DNA of 64,000 bases. Origin: Podospora anserina (Eukaryota). The translations under genes were made by a program, and so were the position numbers. The notes beneath the pieces are model-generated. The model was not told the origin of the DNA and searched no databases. It was given only the letters and a program-made list of their open reading frames with translations. Below are positions 11,563 through 22,650 of the stretch, in pieces (position 1 is the first letter of the stretch; each line of letters starts with the position of its first letter). The stretch spans positions 2,418,001-2,482,000 of the forward strand of contig CM030333.1 in NCBI GenBank assembly GCA_017654855.1. The letters are read 5' to 3'.

Positions 11563-13026
11563 CTACTCCCTAACCACATCCCTCCCCCGATTAACCTGCA
11601 CCTTCTTATCCTCCCCCCCGCTCAAAATCCCCAACTCCCTATCCCACACAACCCCAAACACCTTCGCCCCCTCCCCAGCAACACTCTTCTTCTTCCCCTG
11701 CCTGCTCTCCCTCTCAAAAACATAAACCGGCTCGCTCACATTACCCCCCACCCCCCCTTCGCTCTCCCCCCCACTAGCAGGCCTCACGCTCCTCAAGTCC
11801 CAAATCCTGCACGTCCCGTCGTGGCTCCCGCTCACAAGCGAGTATTCGTTTTCCGGATTGGCCGCCAAAGCGACAACCTTGTTCGTGTGCCCTCTCAGCG
11901 TCATCACGCTCGTCGTAGCAGCAGAGGCGCGGGGGTCGACGAGCGTGATGTGTCTTGCCGACGTGCCGACAGCAAGCAATGGTGCGCCGTTCGGTCTTGG
12001 AATAGCGCACAACGACAGCAGAGAGTGAGAAAGGGTGAGGTTGGCAACGACAGAGCCAGTGGTCAAATCGAGCGTCTTGACCGTGTGGTCTTGCGAGACG
12101 GAGTAGCCTACTGTGTGGTCTCTTGGGTCAAAGACGGCAGCTGTGGCGGGGGCGTTGTGGATTTGCATGAGGAAGAGAGGGCCACGCTGGGGGGTGGTGA
12201 CAGAAGAGGCAACCTTCCTCCGCTTGGAAGTGTGCGCGTTAGGGAGGAGGGAGGCGTCGGCCTCAGGGGAGGAGGACTTGGAGGCGGACCAGAGAGCGAC
12301 GGAGCCGTCGGCGGATGCGGTGAGGATGCGCTTGGAGGGGCCGTGGACTTCGAGGGAGTCGACGCTGGCGCGGTGGCCGTAGAGCTCGAGGGTGGGCTTG
12401 AGTTCTGCTTGGCCTGAGGCGCCCGGGTCGGTGTACTTCCACACGCGGACTGATCTGTCCATGCCGGTCGAGGCGATCTGAGTGGAGGAGATGAACTTGG
12501 CGGCTTTGATGCTGGCGGAGTGACCGCCGTGGCTGGCCGAGGGGGCGGTAACGAGGACCTCACCCGAGGCATTCCATATTCTGAGGAGACCGTCGTAGCT
12601 GGCCGAGAGGATCCTTTCTTGGCCGCGGGAGAAGTTCTCGCCTGACCAGCGGCCGGCGGGGGAGGTGGCAGTGAGGGCATCAACAGATGAAACCCAATCG
12701 TCATGCTCGAACGAGGCTTCGAATACGGGGGGTATTAAGGAACGGACGTATTGGAGTGTGAGGTTCGTTTCGAGGGACAGGCCCTCAGAGTTGAGGTAGT
12801 CTTCGAGGCTGGACCGGAGGAAGCTGCCGTTGACGAGGAAGTCGAAGGGGATGGAGCCTGAATCGAGCATCAGGTCCGAGTTGAGAATACGAGAGAGGCC
12901 ATAGCGGCGGATATCGGCGGGAACGAGGAGTTGTCTCTTCTCTTCTGGGAGCTGGAGATCGGCTTCGTTGGTGGTGAAGGTCACCTTGACCTGGGCGCCG
13001 GGCGCATCGTTCATTGGCTCGTCCAT
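11563..13026 (-). CDS. YTM1: Ribosome biogenesis WD40 protein Ytm1 (PeBoW/Nop7 complex)
   Basis: N-terminal NLE/UBL domain ([34 protein letters not shown]) followed by HDDWVSSV and WD40 repeats. First ATG at 13026 ([10 protein letters not shown]). Confidence 0.95.
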   Translation of the reverse strand: MDEPMNDAPGAQVKVTFTTNEADLQLPEEKRQLLVPADIRRYGLSRILNSDLMLDSGSIPFDFLVNGSFLRSSLEDYLNSEGLSLETNLTLQYVRSLIPPVFEASFEHDDWVSSVDALTATSPAGRWSGENFSRGQERILSASYDGLLRIWNASGEVLVTAPSASHGGHSASIKAAKFISSTQIASTGMDRSVRVWKYTDPGASGQAELKPTLELYGHRASVDSLEVHGPSKRILTASADGSVALWSASKSSSPEADASLLPNAHTSKRRKVASSVTTPQRGPLFLMQIHNAPATAAVFDPRDHTVGYSVSQDHTVKTLDLTTGSVVANLTLSHSLLSLCAIPRPNGAPLLAVGTSARHITLVDPRASAATTSVMTLRGHTNKVVALAANPENEYSLVSGSHDGTCRIWDLRSVRPASGGESEGGVGGNVSEPVYVFERESRQGKKKSVAGEGAKVFGVVWDRELGILSGGEDKKVQVNRGRDVVRE

Positions 13027-13249
13027 TGTGGTTATCTGAGGGTGTGGATGGTTGAAGACGGAATCAATTGGACCTGCTCTAGAGGTATTGGAGAATGTCG
13101 GGTCAAAACAGAGGGCTAATAATGAAAGATGTCGAGTTATGGTCCTCTGGTGCAAAAATCAAGCTACTGTTGCAGGGATCGCATTCAGTCTCAAGATTTT
13201 TTTTTTGTCCCTGCAGCTCGAGTTCAGCGATTTGGAACCCCACGGCAGG

Positions 13250-13346
13250 CTTATCTTATCGCAAGCCTTATTTAGCGGGGCACCTTTTTGGGCTAGAACT
13301 CAATTAATTACAGGCCATCAGGACGCGTCTACCGCGTCTGCGCGTC
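13250..13346. promoter_or_regulatory. Bidirectional YTM1/POL31 promoter with a PAC-like GCGATAAGATAAG (minus strand, 13262-13250) and an MCB cluster (ACGCGT at 13323; CGCGTCT three times)
   Basis: Motifs are directly visible in the 412-bp divergent spacer; function is inferred from yeast PAC and MCB elements. Confidence 0.6.
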
Positions 13347-13438
13347 TTGCTAAATTGGGCTTTGAATCTCCAGTGCATGTTCTCGGCGACCCGGAAACAC
13401 CAGACAGTAACCTGAAAGTGCATCAGGAACAGCCCATC

Positions 13439-15060
13439 ATGGTGAAGCTCGAAGATATTGCCGGTCTCGGTCTGCTACAGGCACCACCAAAGTAGGAGCA
13501 AGTCTCTCATCAATTCCAATGAAAAACATCACTAACTGGTGCGCCCTAGAACCGACTCCAAGAACACCGACCTGGAGAGAGCCCCTTCCAACTACAAGTC
13601 ACTCAATACATTTGCGCTGCCCAAAGCCCGACAATACCAACAACAGTTTGCCGATATATACTTCCTACGCCTGACCAAGATCAAACCTGCTGTGGAACAG
13701 ATCGCTCACGAAGCATGGGATGATACAGTGCTGGGAGGTGAAAATGCAAAGAAGGTCGAGCGGGTTCTCGATGTGCGCCAGGGAGAGCTGTGCTGGGTGG
13801 CAGGGACGGTCTACATGGACATGCCCCTGAAGCCAAGTATTCTCGAGGACGTGTCCAAAGACGCAAGCCGCCCTCTGTCTCTGTGTGAGATTCATGTTGA
13901 CTTCAGGCTAACATGATACTCAGCGCTGGATTTCAGCCCCGACCTCTGTCGGCCACTACTACTCGGAAGATGGCAAGGACCAAGTCATGCTCGAAGACGA
14001 CTCCGGTCGCATCAGACTCGTTGGCGAACCCCTCAAGAACTACTTCCTGGTGACTGGCTGCATCATCGCCGTCATGGGCACGGAGAATGCCAACGGTGAA
14101 TTCGAAGTGATTGATCTCAAGTTTGCCGACCTTCCACCACAACCACCACGGTGGGCCCTGTCCGACAAGAAACCCAAATCTGAAGATGTCTCCATGGTTG
14201 ATGTTGGTTCTCCCTCCAAAAAGATCGCCATCATATCAGGCCTTGAGTTCTCGGGATTTTCTACAGCCTACAGTGCCGAATTGAAAGTCCTGAGAGAATT
14301 CCTTGCTGCCCAAGCCCTCGACCCAGAGACACAATCCAACGAACAATCCAAGATCTCTCGCCTGATAATAGCAGGCAACTCCATCGCCGAAGCCAGTTCC
14401 TCAGACCCTCACTCCAACAACCCCAACACCAAGACACACGCCAAGAAATACGGCTACGACGCCTCCGCATACAATCCCGCCCCGTCGCAACTCCTCGACT
14501 CCTTCCTCAACGAGCTTCTCCCTAGCTTACCAATAACCCTGCTCCCTGGCGCCAACGACCCCGCCAACGTCTCTTATCCTCAACAACCAATCCACTCTGC
14601 CATGTTCCCCGAGTCCAGGTATTATGGCCCAACACCTACCCATCCTGATCAGACAGGGTGGCTAGACGCAACAACCAACCCATTCGAATCAGAAATTGAA
14701 GGCTGGCGCGTGCTGGGCACTTCTGGTCAGAACCTGGATGACATCTGCAAGTACATGGAGGACCCAGATCGCCTCGGCCTGATGGAGGCCATGTGCAGGT
14801 GGAGGTGTTCTGCCCCTACCGCCCCGGATACACTCTGGTCATATCCATTCCAGGATGACGAGCCATTCGTCATGAAGGAGTGCCCACACTTGTACTTTGT
14901 GGGTTCGCAGCCAAAGTTTGGCAGCAAGGTCATTGAGGGGCCGGACGGGCAGATAGTCAGGTTGGTTTTGGTGCCAAAGTTTAGTGAGACGAAAGAGGTG
15001 GTCTTGGTTGATACCGAGACGTTGGACGTAAGTTTGGTCAGACTTTCGGCCGCATCGTGA
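13439..15060 (+). CDS. POL31: DNA polymerase delta small (B) subunit
   Basis: Motifs YQQQFADIYFLRL, GTVYMDMPLKPSILED, MLEDDSGRIRL, LVTGCIIAVMG, LPGANDPAN..PQQPIH, APTAPDTLWSYPF and CPHLYFVG. Introns 13492-13549 (GT-AG) and 13863-13923 (GC-AG). Confidence 0.95.
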
Positions 15061-15582
15061 GACGAGAGGAAGATATTTTATATTAGCGTTGTTAGCATAG
15101 CCGGAGGATGAGACTTGGGAATCTAAATATGGCAACCTCACCAGAATTTGAGGATGTCGATTCATCTTGTTCCTGGGGTCTAATCACGTCCCGTTCGTCC
15201 CAATCTCGTGACAAACACTCACGGGAAATACCAAGTTAAATCAAGGCAATTTTCATTGTTATTATCAATTCTTGCCATCCCCATCAACGTCTTGAGGTCT
15301 TGATATCCTCAAATCATGGTTGCCTAGCAACTGCCATGCCTTGACCATTCAGGGGGCCTGTTGAGCAACTGATAACCCACGAAGCAACCAAAGTGATGCA
15401 TGAAGCTCCGTGACCGACGCCCTGTTTTCCCGAACCGGATGCCTCGTTTGATAACATCAACACCCCATGTCCCATTTTTGATGCCTGATAATGTAGAACC
15501 AATGCGTCAAAACAAAACCTCAACGCGTAGAGATGATAAGGCGACGCCTAAAAATAATAAACTTATGCCCGTTAGCCCCCTT

Positions 15583-17760
15583 TCAGATCCGGAAGCACTT
15601 CCACCCGCCCCCGACCTTGTCAATGCTGATGACCAAGCTCTTCAGCCTTCTGGAAAGGGGAATGTCCTCGATCTCGACCCAGTCCTCCTCCTCCTCCTCC
15701 TCCTCCACCACCCCATCATCATCATCATCATCATCATCATCATAGCTGTCGTCATCACTGTCGCTCTCTTCATCGCTGTCCGTGTTGTCATCATCGTCAT
15801 CCTCCTCATCACTGCCCTCCTCTTCATCACTCTCCTCGTCACTATACTCCTCATCATTACTATCCTCCTCCTCCTCCTCCTTCTCCTCCTCCTCCTTCTC
15901 CTCCTCCTCCTTCTCCTCCTCCTCCTCCTCCCTAACCTTCTTCCTCAACTCAACAACATCCTTCCGGGTCGGATCCAAATCATCATACCCATCCACATCA
16001 AACTTTTTCTCCATCCTCTTCCTCTCCTCTTGTCTTAATCTCTCGGCCTCCTCCACCGTCTTCCACAACCCCCCCCTCATCCCCAACTTGACCACATACT
16101 CAGGCATCTCACAAGCCTCCTCAATCAACCTCCTCAGCCTCCCCAAATTCTCCTCCGCCCTCCTCCCCCTCTCCACCCTCGCCTGTTTGATGATCTCATC
16201 ATTCTCCCACCCCTCCCCCACCACCCCCTCCCGTCTCAGCCTCTCCATCTCCCTCCCCACCCACCTAAGATCAATCCCCATCTCTAGTGCCCACCGCCTG
16301 GGCCTGACCGCATCCTCCTCCTCCCCTTCCTCTTCCTCACCCTCGGTCTCGTCCTCCTCCTCCCCGTCATTCAAATGACTGTTCACATTAACCCCCACCC
16401 TCAAAAAATCCACCTCCACCCCCCTCAACGCCCTCATAACCGGCGCGTTCCGTCCAAACAAACTTACCACACTCAGATGCCTCCCTTCCCCCTCCCTTTC
16501 ATACAAAGGACTAAGCCTCAAAACCAACTCCCTCAACCTCACCCCCCTCAGTTTCTCGAGCGCACGCCTCAAAAGATTAGCATACTCCCCCCCCGTCCGG
16601 TTCCGCTCCATCTCAATCTCCACCTGTCTTACCAAGCCCCCGTAACGGGACCAGTCAATCCTGTTTCTCTGCCCGTCTCTTCGGCTTCTTGCCGCTCCAC
16701 CTGTGCGGGCAGCGCTTGGGTCGCGGAGGAGATAGCTGAAGGTGTTCTCCCCGTAGAGGATTTGTATGCCCTGGGCAAAGCTTTGTTTGTTGACTAGGAG
16801 GATTCCGATTTCGATTGAGAACTCCCGTTCGGGCTCCTCCCCCATCGCCAGTACGGCGCGTCGGGGGGTGGGAAGATTGCGAGTGCGGGTGCGGCGGGGG
16901 GGGGCGCGGATGACTTCTTGGAAGAGGTCTTTGACGGGGATGGGTTTGGGGGAGACGAGGAGGTGGCGGTAGATTTTGGTTAGGATTTCTAGGGGGAGGG
17001 TTTGGAGGTGCTTTGGTTTTTGCGGTTCGGAACTCGGGGAGGGAGAGGGAGAGGGAGAGGGAGAGGGTTCAACCACCGGAGCAGGGGGACGAGGTTGGGG
17101 ACGAGGCTGGGGACGACGGGGTGGGGAATATCGCTCCCCCAGCAGGGCATGAATCTCCCACCTCAAATCATCACCCGTTTCTTCTTTTGGCTTGTTTCGG
17201 TCCTGATACCGGGTGGTGGTAGTGCGCTGCCTTTTTGGGGCACGAGGGGGAGGGGGGGGAGAGGGGCTGGTGAGGTCGATGATTTCAAAGCCCCTGTTGA
17301 CACCAACGCCGGGGGGGCGGGCAACGATGGTATCACCATCAGCACCATCAACAAGGTCGATTCGCCGTTTGACAGCCATGCCGCTTCTCCTGACAGACCG
17401 AATCGACCGACTGGACCGCCGACCACCACCACCACCACCGCCGCCACCCTCTTCGTCATCGCTAATAACAATAACGGGCGGCGACGACGAGGACGACGAC
17501 CACTGCTCATTCCTGACCCCCATCTCCACAGTCCGCTGCTGCTCAAAGATCCATCTGGCAAACTCTATGCTCTGGAGATTCGGTGCAGCAGCGGAGTGAC
17601 CAGGGGGGTTGTTTCTAAAGCTGCTGCTGCTGCTGGAGCCAACATTGCTGCCGCCCGTGATCCTAGCCCCAGCCCCGGAGGAGGAGGGGGGCATATTTCT
17701 CCCGCCCGGAGTGTTGTTGGTGCCTCCCTGCCTGTGGGAGGCGATAAATCGAAACGACAT
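15583..17760 (-). CDS. Hypothetical protein with a low-complexity N-terminus, an F-box-like helix and a long Asp/Glu tail
   Basis: Uninterrupted 725-codon ORF starting with ATG. LQTLPLEILTKIYRHLLV..ILLVNKQSFAQGIQILYGENTF resembles F-box-like fungal hypothetical proteins. Confidence 0.7.
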   Translation of the reverse strand: MSFRFIASHRQGGTNNTPGGRNMPPSSSGAGARITGGSNVGSSSSSSFRNNPPGHSAAAPNLQSIEFARWIFEQQRTVEMGVRNEQWSSSSSSPPVIVISDDEEGGGGGGGGGRRSSRSIRSVRRSGMAVKRRIDLVDGADGDTIVARPPGVGVNRGFEIIDLTSPSPPPPPRAPKRQRTTTTRYQDRNKPKEETGDDLRWEIHALLGERYSPPRRPQPRPQPRPPAPVVEPSPSPSPSPSPSSEPQKPKHLQTLPLEILTKIYRHLLVSPKPIPVKDLFQEVIRAPPRRTRTRNLPTPRRAVLAMGEEPEREFSIEIGILLVNKQSFAQGIQILYGENTFSYLLRDPSAARTGGAARSRRDGQRNRIDWSRYGGLVRQVEIEMERNRTGGEYANLLRRALEKLRGVRLRELVLRLSPLYEREGEGRHLSVVSLFGRNAPVMRALRGVEVDFLRVGVNVNSHLNDGEEEDETEGEEEEGEEEDAVRPRRWALEMGIDLRWVGREMERLRREGVVGEGWENDEIIKQARVERGRRAEENLGRLRRLIEEACEMPEYVVKLGMRGGLWKTVEEAERLRQEERKRMEKKFDVDGYDDLDPTRKDVVELRKKVREEEEEEKEEEEKEEEEKEEEEEDSNDEEYSDEESDEEEGSDEEDDDDDNTDSDEESDSDDDSYDDDDDDDDDGVVEEEEEEEDWVEIEDIPLSRRLKSLVISIDKVGGGWKCFRI

Positions 17761-19773
17761 GTCGGCTTGTGCTTGGGGGCTGAACTTGCTGTGTTATTGC
17801 TGTGTCCTTCGGAGTGGGATCAATGTGTGTTGATATGAGAACCGCCAGATGTCATACGACAAGCTGTGTGACCTCTCTTCTTGGTATCAATCCGATTGAT
17901 ATGATGCTGATAGCTTCGTGGTGAAGACCACTATGGTGTTTAGTCTGCCGGGAGAGATGGCAGTGGGCTGGTGCCAGGCTTGTCAAATAGACCGGACCAC
18001 TTCTCGACGCTGAGCTGCCCAGAAAGATCAGTAAAACTGCTACCAAACACTTGCACACATCCTACATACCTCTTCGTTGATGATAATTATAATCTCTTGT
18101 TAAGCCGTTGAGTATGTCTTGCCGCCAATATCAATTGCCCAGGATAACCCGTTGATGTCTCGCTAGTAGAAAAGCCTGCTGTGAAAAAAGACGGGAAAAA
18201 ATGAATTGAGTCCAGAGAGAAAAAATCTCTGGTGAAGTGATATGTGAAGAAGAGCAAGGGAGCGAGTGAAAACCTGTAGATTAAAATGCGGGCTATCAGC
18301 TTGCTCCGCGAGACCCGCGCTGGGGTGAGTTTCGCCGTGTTGTGCAGACTGGAATCCTGACTGATGTGAATTCGTGTCGCCGAGCCCCTTTTAATCAGGT
18401 CAAAGACAATCTTCCAGGGGAAAAGGGGGGTTTTTGCCTGCTGTTTTCTGGAAGGCGGCTGGTGGTGTGGAGCTGTGTACCTAGGTAAGGGGGTTATTGT
18501 GTAAAAGGGGTTGTTTGATCGGTGACACTTGACGTGTGTATTGGAAGACGATGATGATAGGAGGTGCTGTTATGAATGCTGACAGTCAGGAATGGAGTGG
18601 TATGTCCTGACCAGAGCACAAGAAAGCACCTGGAGTGTGTATTGATGGTTAAAAGAAAAGGGAAGAGTGGTGATGGGAAGAGACCCAGGACCATAGAACA
18701 TGGAAGCAAATAGAGGTAGTGTGAGTGGGAAGGTGAAAAGGTACGGCCGCAGACCACCCAGACCAAGGCAAGAGGCCTTCCCTTGGTGATGGGTGCTGTG
18801 GAAGAGTTGGTTTGTGGGTCAAGGTTGAGATGAAAAGGATGGATAGGTCACAGTCAACGAAAGTAAGAAAAGAAAAGTTCGCCAGGTCAGGGTCAAAGCT
18901 AGTAGATAAAGATAAAGCATGTGCCTGCCATCTTGACCTTGAAAGGTGTTCCTGGATCAAGGAGCCACATATGATAGCTGTGCTGTGAAAAAGCTTGGTT
19001 GGCAGGCGGAAAATAGCTTCGATGGTGATTGCTTGTAAAAGGGGGGGGGATTGTGGACAAAAAAGGGGTGATGAAGGGAAGCTTGGGCTGTATGAATGTC
19101 AAATGTAGGCCAGGGCTGGACCAGGAATGGAGTAGGAGCCACCACGTCCTCTGCAGAATCGGGTTGAGTTTAGGTGTGCTGGACTCTGGGCGACGTTGAA
19201 TCCAGAAATCCATCCCAACTTTGTAGCTCAGGAAAGGAGCCTCAACTTGCCTCAAATTGCTCTTGCCAGATATGGCTCTGGGGAAGGAGCGAGCCAAGTC
19301 AGCCAGCCACTGATAGCAAAGGCCATATCAAATCTTGTTTTGACCACAAAGAAACGAAGATATGATCTGAAGTGCGGAGTTTTCACGAGCCCCGCCAGAG
19401 CTCACAGGTCGGCCCTCTTCACCATGTGCTCACACCAGGCGGCCCGCTTGAGCGCCTTTGCTCCGGGCCAGCTCGGCGGCGGCATTCTCCATGACGGCCA
19501 CCGTTTTTCGTGTTTGATCTCTGCATACACAGAACAGAAGAAGGAGATGGATCTCTCAAAGTCGGTGGATTAGGTATCCAGGCATTTCGGCAGGGCTATC
19601 TTTATCGACATGTCGACATGTTTTGACTCTTTTTGTCACGAAGCAAACTACATGTGTCCACTTCCCGACTCTCATTCTTCAGCATCCATCAACACCAGTA
19701 GCACACAGGCTCGGAGCTTCTCTTTAACACGGGCAAGCACAATTCTCGCAGTCTGTCACTAGAAAACTGACAC

Positions 19774-20190
19774 ATGTCTTTCCATCCACTCAGGGGCTCA
19801 GGGGTAAACACCACCTTACTAGCAAACCCCGTTGCCAGGGCAAACCTCCCAACTACCCACACCATAACCCCCCAAACCCACCTCGATATCGACCAGAACA
19901 ACAGCCCTATCGATATCACCTCTTCACCCTCAACCACCAACACGAACCCAAACCTCCAACCCCCTCTTGGCATCCGTATCCAAACCCTGTCCCCCAAACT
20001 CCCGCCAAGACCTCTACACAGCATCTTTACGCGTCACCCTCCCACGCGTGAACCACTCCCCCGGCACCTCAACACCAAACTGCTCAAAAATCTCACGATG
20101 AACCCACCCATCATGGCTTTTTTGCGCGACATTTGTACAAGAAGAAGCCTTTCCAGGCAACCATATTTCGACTCCTGCCAAGAGATATAG
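19774..20190 (+). CDS. Possible small orphan ORF (138 aa); may be promoter DNA instead
   Basis: ATG-initiated, C-rich, Pro/Thr-rich ORF with no recognisable domain. It contains two ACGCGT boxes that could belong to the GNT1 promoter. Confidence 0.2.
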   Translation: MSFHPLRGSGVNTTLLANPVARANLPTTHTITPQTHLDIDQNNSPIDITSSPSTTNTNPNLQPPLGIRIQTLSPKLPPRPLHSIFTRHPPTREPLPRHLNTKLLKNLTMNPPIMAFLRDICTRRSLSRQPYFDSCQEI

Positions 20191-20413
20191 CTTTAGATAC
20201 GATGGGGAATAAAAAGGTTGCCATGGAGCAGGGGTCTTGTGCTTTGGGGTTGGCACAAAAGTGAAATGAGCAGGTGTATGCACGCGACTTTTGCATCTTG
20301 GTTGTTGGACACATAAGATAAGGTAGGAGCGGCTTTTCCATCGACAGCACATTGTTCCCGGTGGTCTGGCCATTTCTCAGGCCCGACTCTGTGCCCACCG
20401 ACAACTAATCGCG

Positions 20414-21659
20414 ATGCTCCTCTCCCGCCGAATCATCACCCTCACAGCCGTCCTCGGCTTCATCGTCGTTGTCTCGTTCTTTACAGTCAAATACGACGGC
20501 CATGTCGCCCTGGAATCAGCGGCAAGGTCGCTGACGGGGCAGGAAAAGAAACCTGCGTTTTCAACGATACAGAACGTGGTCTACAACCGGACAAGAGTGC
20601 AAGAGGAGGCCAAGTTTGCCTATGTGCAGTACACCACCGATCTGGATTACCTCTGCAATGCCGTAAGTTTTTTCTTTTTTTCTTTTTTTTTCTCTTTTTT
20701 TTCTTTCTTTTTTTTGTTTTTTCCCCTGTCCTCAGGAACATAGGGAAAGTGGGTGTGCTGACTGAAAGGAAAAGATGATCAACTTCTCCCGACTAAAACA
20801 ATTCAACACAAAACACCAGCTCGCACTGATCTACCCCGACACATGGAACTCCGAGGGCAAATCAGCCGTCTCCGCGAGGCGATTCCGCATCATGAACAAG
20901 ATCAGAACCGAATACCCGCACATCAACCTGCACCCCTCCCCCGTGCTGCAGCTCCCAAACGGTGATGCCACCTGGGGAGCTTCCATCACAAAGTTCCACG
21001 CCTTCTCCCTGGTCGACTACACTCGCGTATTGGCATTTGATTCAGACACGCTAGTGCTGAACAACATGGACCACTACTTCGAGGCGCCGAGGGCGGTTCT
21101 TGCCGTGCCGAGGGCGTATTGGTTGGGGGATCTGAGGAATACTTCTCTCTCCATCAACGAGCAGATTCTGGGATCGCATGTCATGTTGTTGGAGCCGAAC
21201 ACCAGGCGCCATGACAGGATCGTCAAGGACGCCATGGACTCGGGTGAGTTTGACATGGAGGTGGTGAACAGGCTGTTTAAGGGCTCGGCGATGATCCTGC
21301 CGCACCGGGGACTGGCGTTGCTGACGGGGGAGTTCAGATCAAAGGACCATTCGAGGTACCTGGTTGGGGAAGGGGAGGATGGGGAGGATGGGGAGCAGTG
21401 GGACGCGGTTGCGGAGGTCAAAAGAAGCTTTCTGGTCCATTTTAGCGACTGGCCGTTGCCGAAGCCCTGGATGTTCCATACTGATCGGCAGTGGAGGGAG
21501 GCGCTGCCGAGCTGTGAGGAGGCGGAGGAGGAGGAGGAGAGGAGGAGAAAAAGAAGGGGAAGGGGGGAGGACGACTGCCCTGACAAGCTGGTCTGGAGGG
21601 GGTTCTATGAGGAGTATGACCGGGAGAGGAGGGCAAAGTGCGGGTTCATTGATGAGTGA
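20414..21659 (+). CDS. GNT1: GT8-family glycosyltransferase (Gnt1-like N-acetylglucosaminyltransferase), type II membrane protein
   Basis: N-terminal TM anchor, FAYVQYTTDLDYLCNA/MINF, TKFHAFSLVDYTRVLAFDSD (DxD), AVPRAYW, LLTGEFR and VHFSDWPLPKPW. Intron 20663-20774 contains a long poly-T run. Confidence 0.88.
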
Positions 21660-22650
21660 GGGGGATGCGAATGTTGAACAGCTGGATCGAACACCTGGAC
21701 TTGGCGTGTGTCAGCAAAACTGGTGTTTGGTCACGGTGACATTTTGGCCAACCAGACACCAAAATTCGCAATCGTGTCGTTGTCGAGGCTCATTCTGAGG
21801 CCACGGTAGTATCTCATGCAAGGGCAGTTTGCAGCTTGTTGACGTGACAAGACAAGACCAACGGCATAGGGCGCGGACTGTACATGCTGTGCAGGAAGAG
21901 TACATGCCGATTGCAACATTTCTGTTCCCAAACCAACAAATCCAACACCTGCCTCAACGGCCACCGATGACAGGTTGGAGATTGGAGATTGGAGACAGGG
22001 GAAGGAAGAAAAGTTGGAGAATGTGGACCGGAAAAAAAAGGAGTTTGGACTCTTGGAGAAACAAACCCCGGTAATAAGCGGACTGGTCCACTCTTCCCGT
22101 GTTTGAGACCGCCCGACAAAACAACGGTTGACGCCAGCGGTCCTAAAAATTGATCACGCCCTGCCGACTAGGGGACCTTCCCGAAAAAGGCGGAGGGTCT
22201 GTGAGTATCCTGTGTAGCAGCCAACCTGTCACGGGATGTCACCCCCTCTGGAATCCATCAGGTAATAGCGGGAAAAGCTGGAAAAAGCTTCTAGATCACA
22301 AGATCACGCTTCTAGCCTGGGTGAAACAAGCGGTTGGCTAATTGTGTCGTTTTCGCAATGCCGAAACATGCACGGAATTGACGAGAAGAACGGTGAGATG
22401 TGTACAGAGTAATGTACAGAGCACCTTGATGGCGATTGAAGGCTTTGAGAAACTTATAAAAGGACCGATGGCCCGGGAGCGGACTCGGGAGAGGAAGGGA
22501 ACAAAGATACATGATCACAGCCGACTCGCTGTCTTGACTCGGGATATCTGAAGTTCTGAACTGGTTGAAAGCTTACCTCCTTATCACACCTTCTTATCAT
22601 ATCAATCTTATCAGTTGCCCGCCTACTTATACCTACGTTACTCAATCAAG

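Noticed and set aside
13027..13155. N-terminal extension of YTM1 in the ORF track
   Set aside because: It starts at a non-ATG codon; the Ytm1 domain begins right after ATG 13026.
18060..20400. Telomerase RNA (about 2-kb gap, three-way-junction-like fold, downstream splice donor)
   Set aside because: I found no TAACCCTAA-type template on either strand, and there is no room upstream of the fold for a template/pseudoknot domain without overlapping the 725-aa gene.
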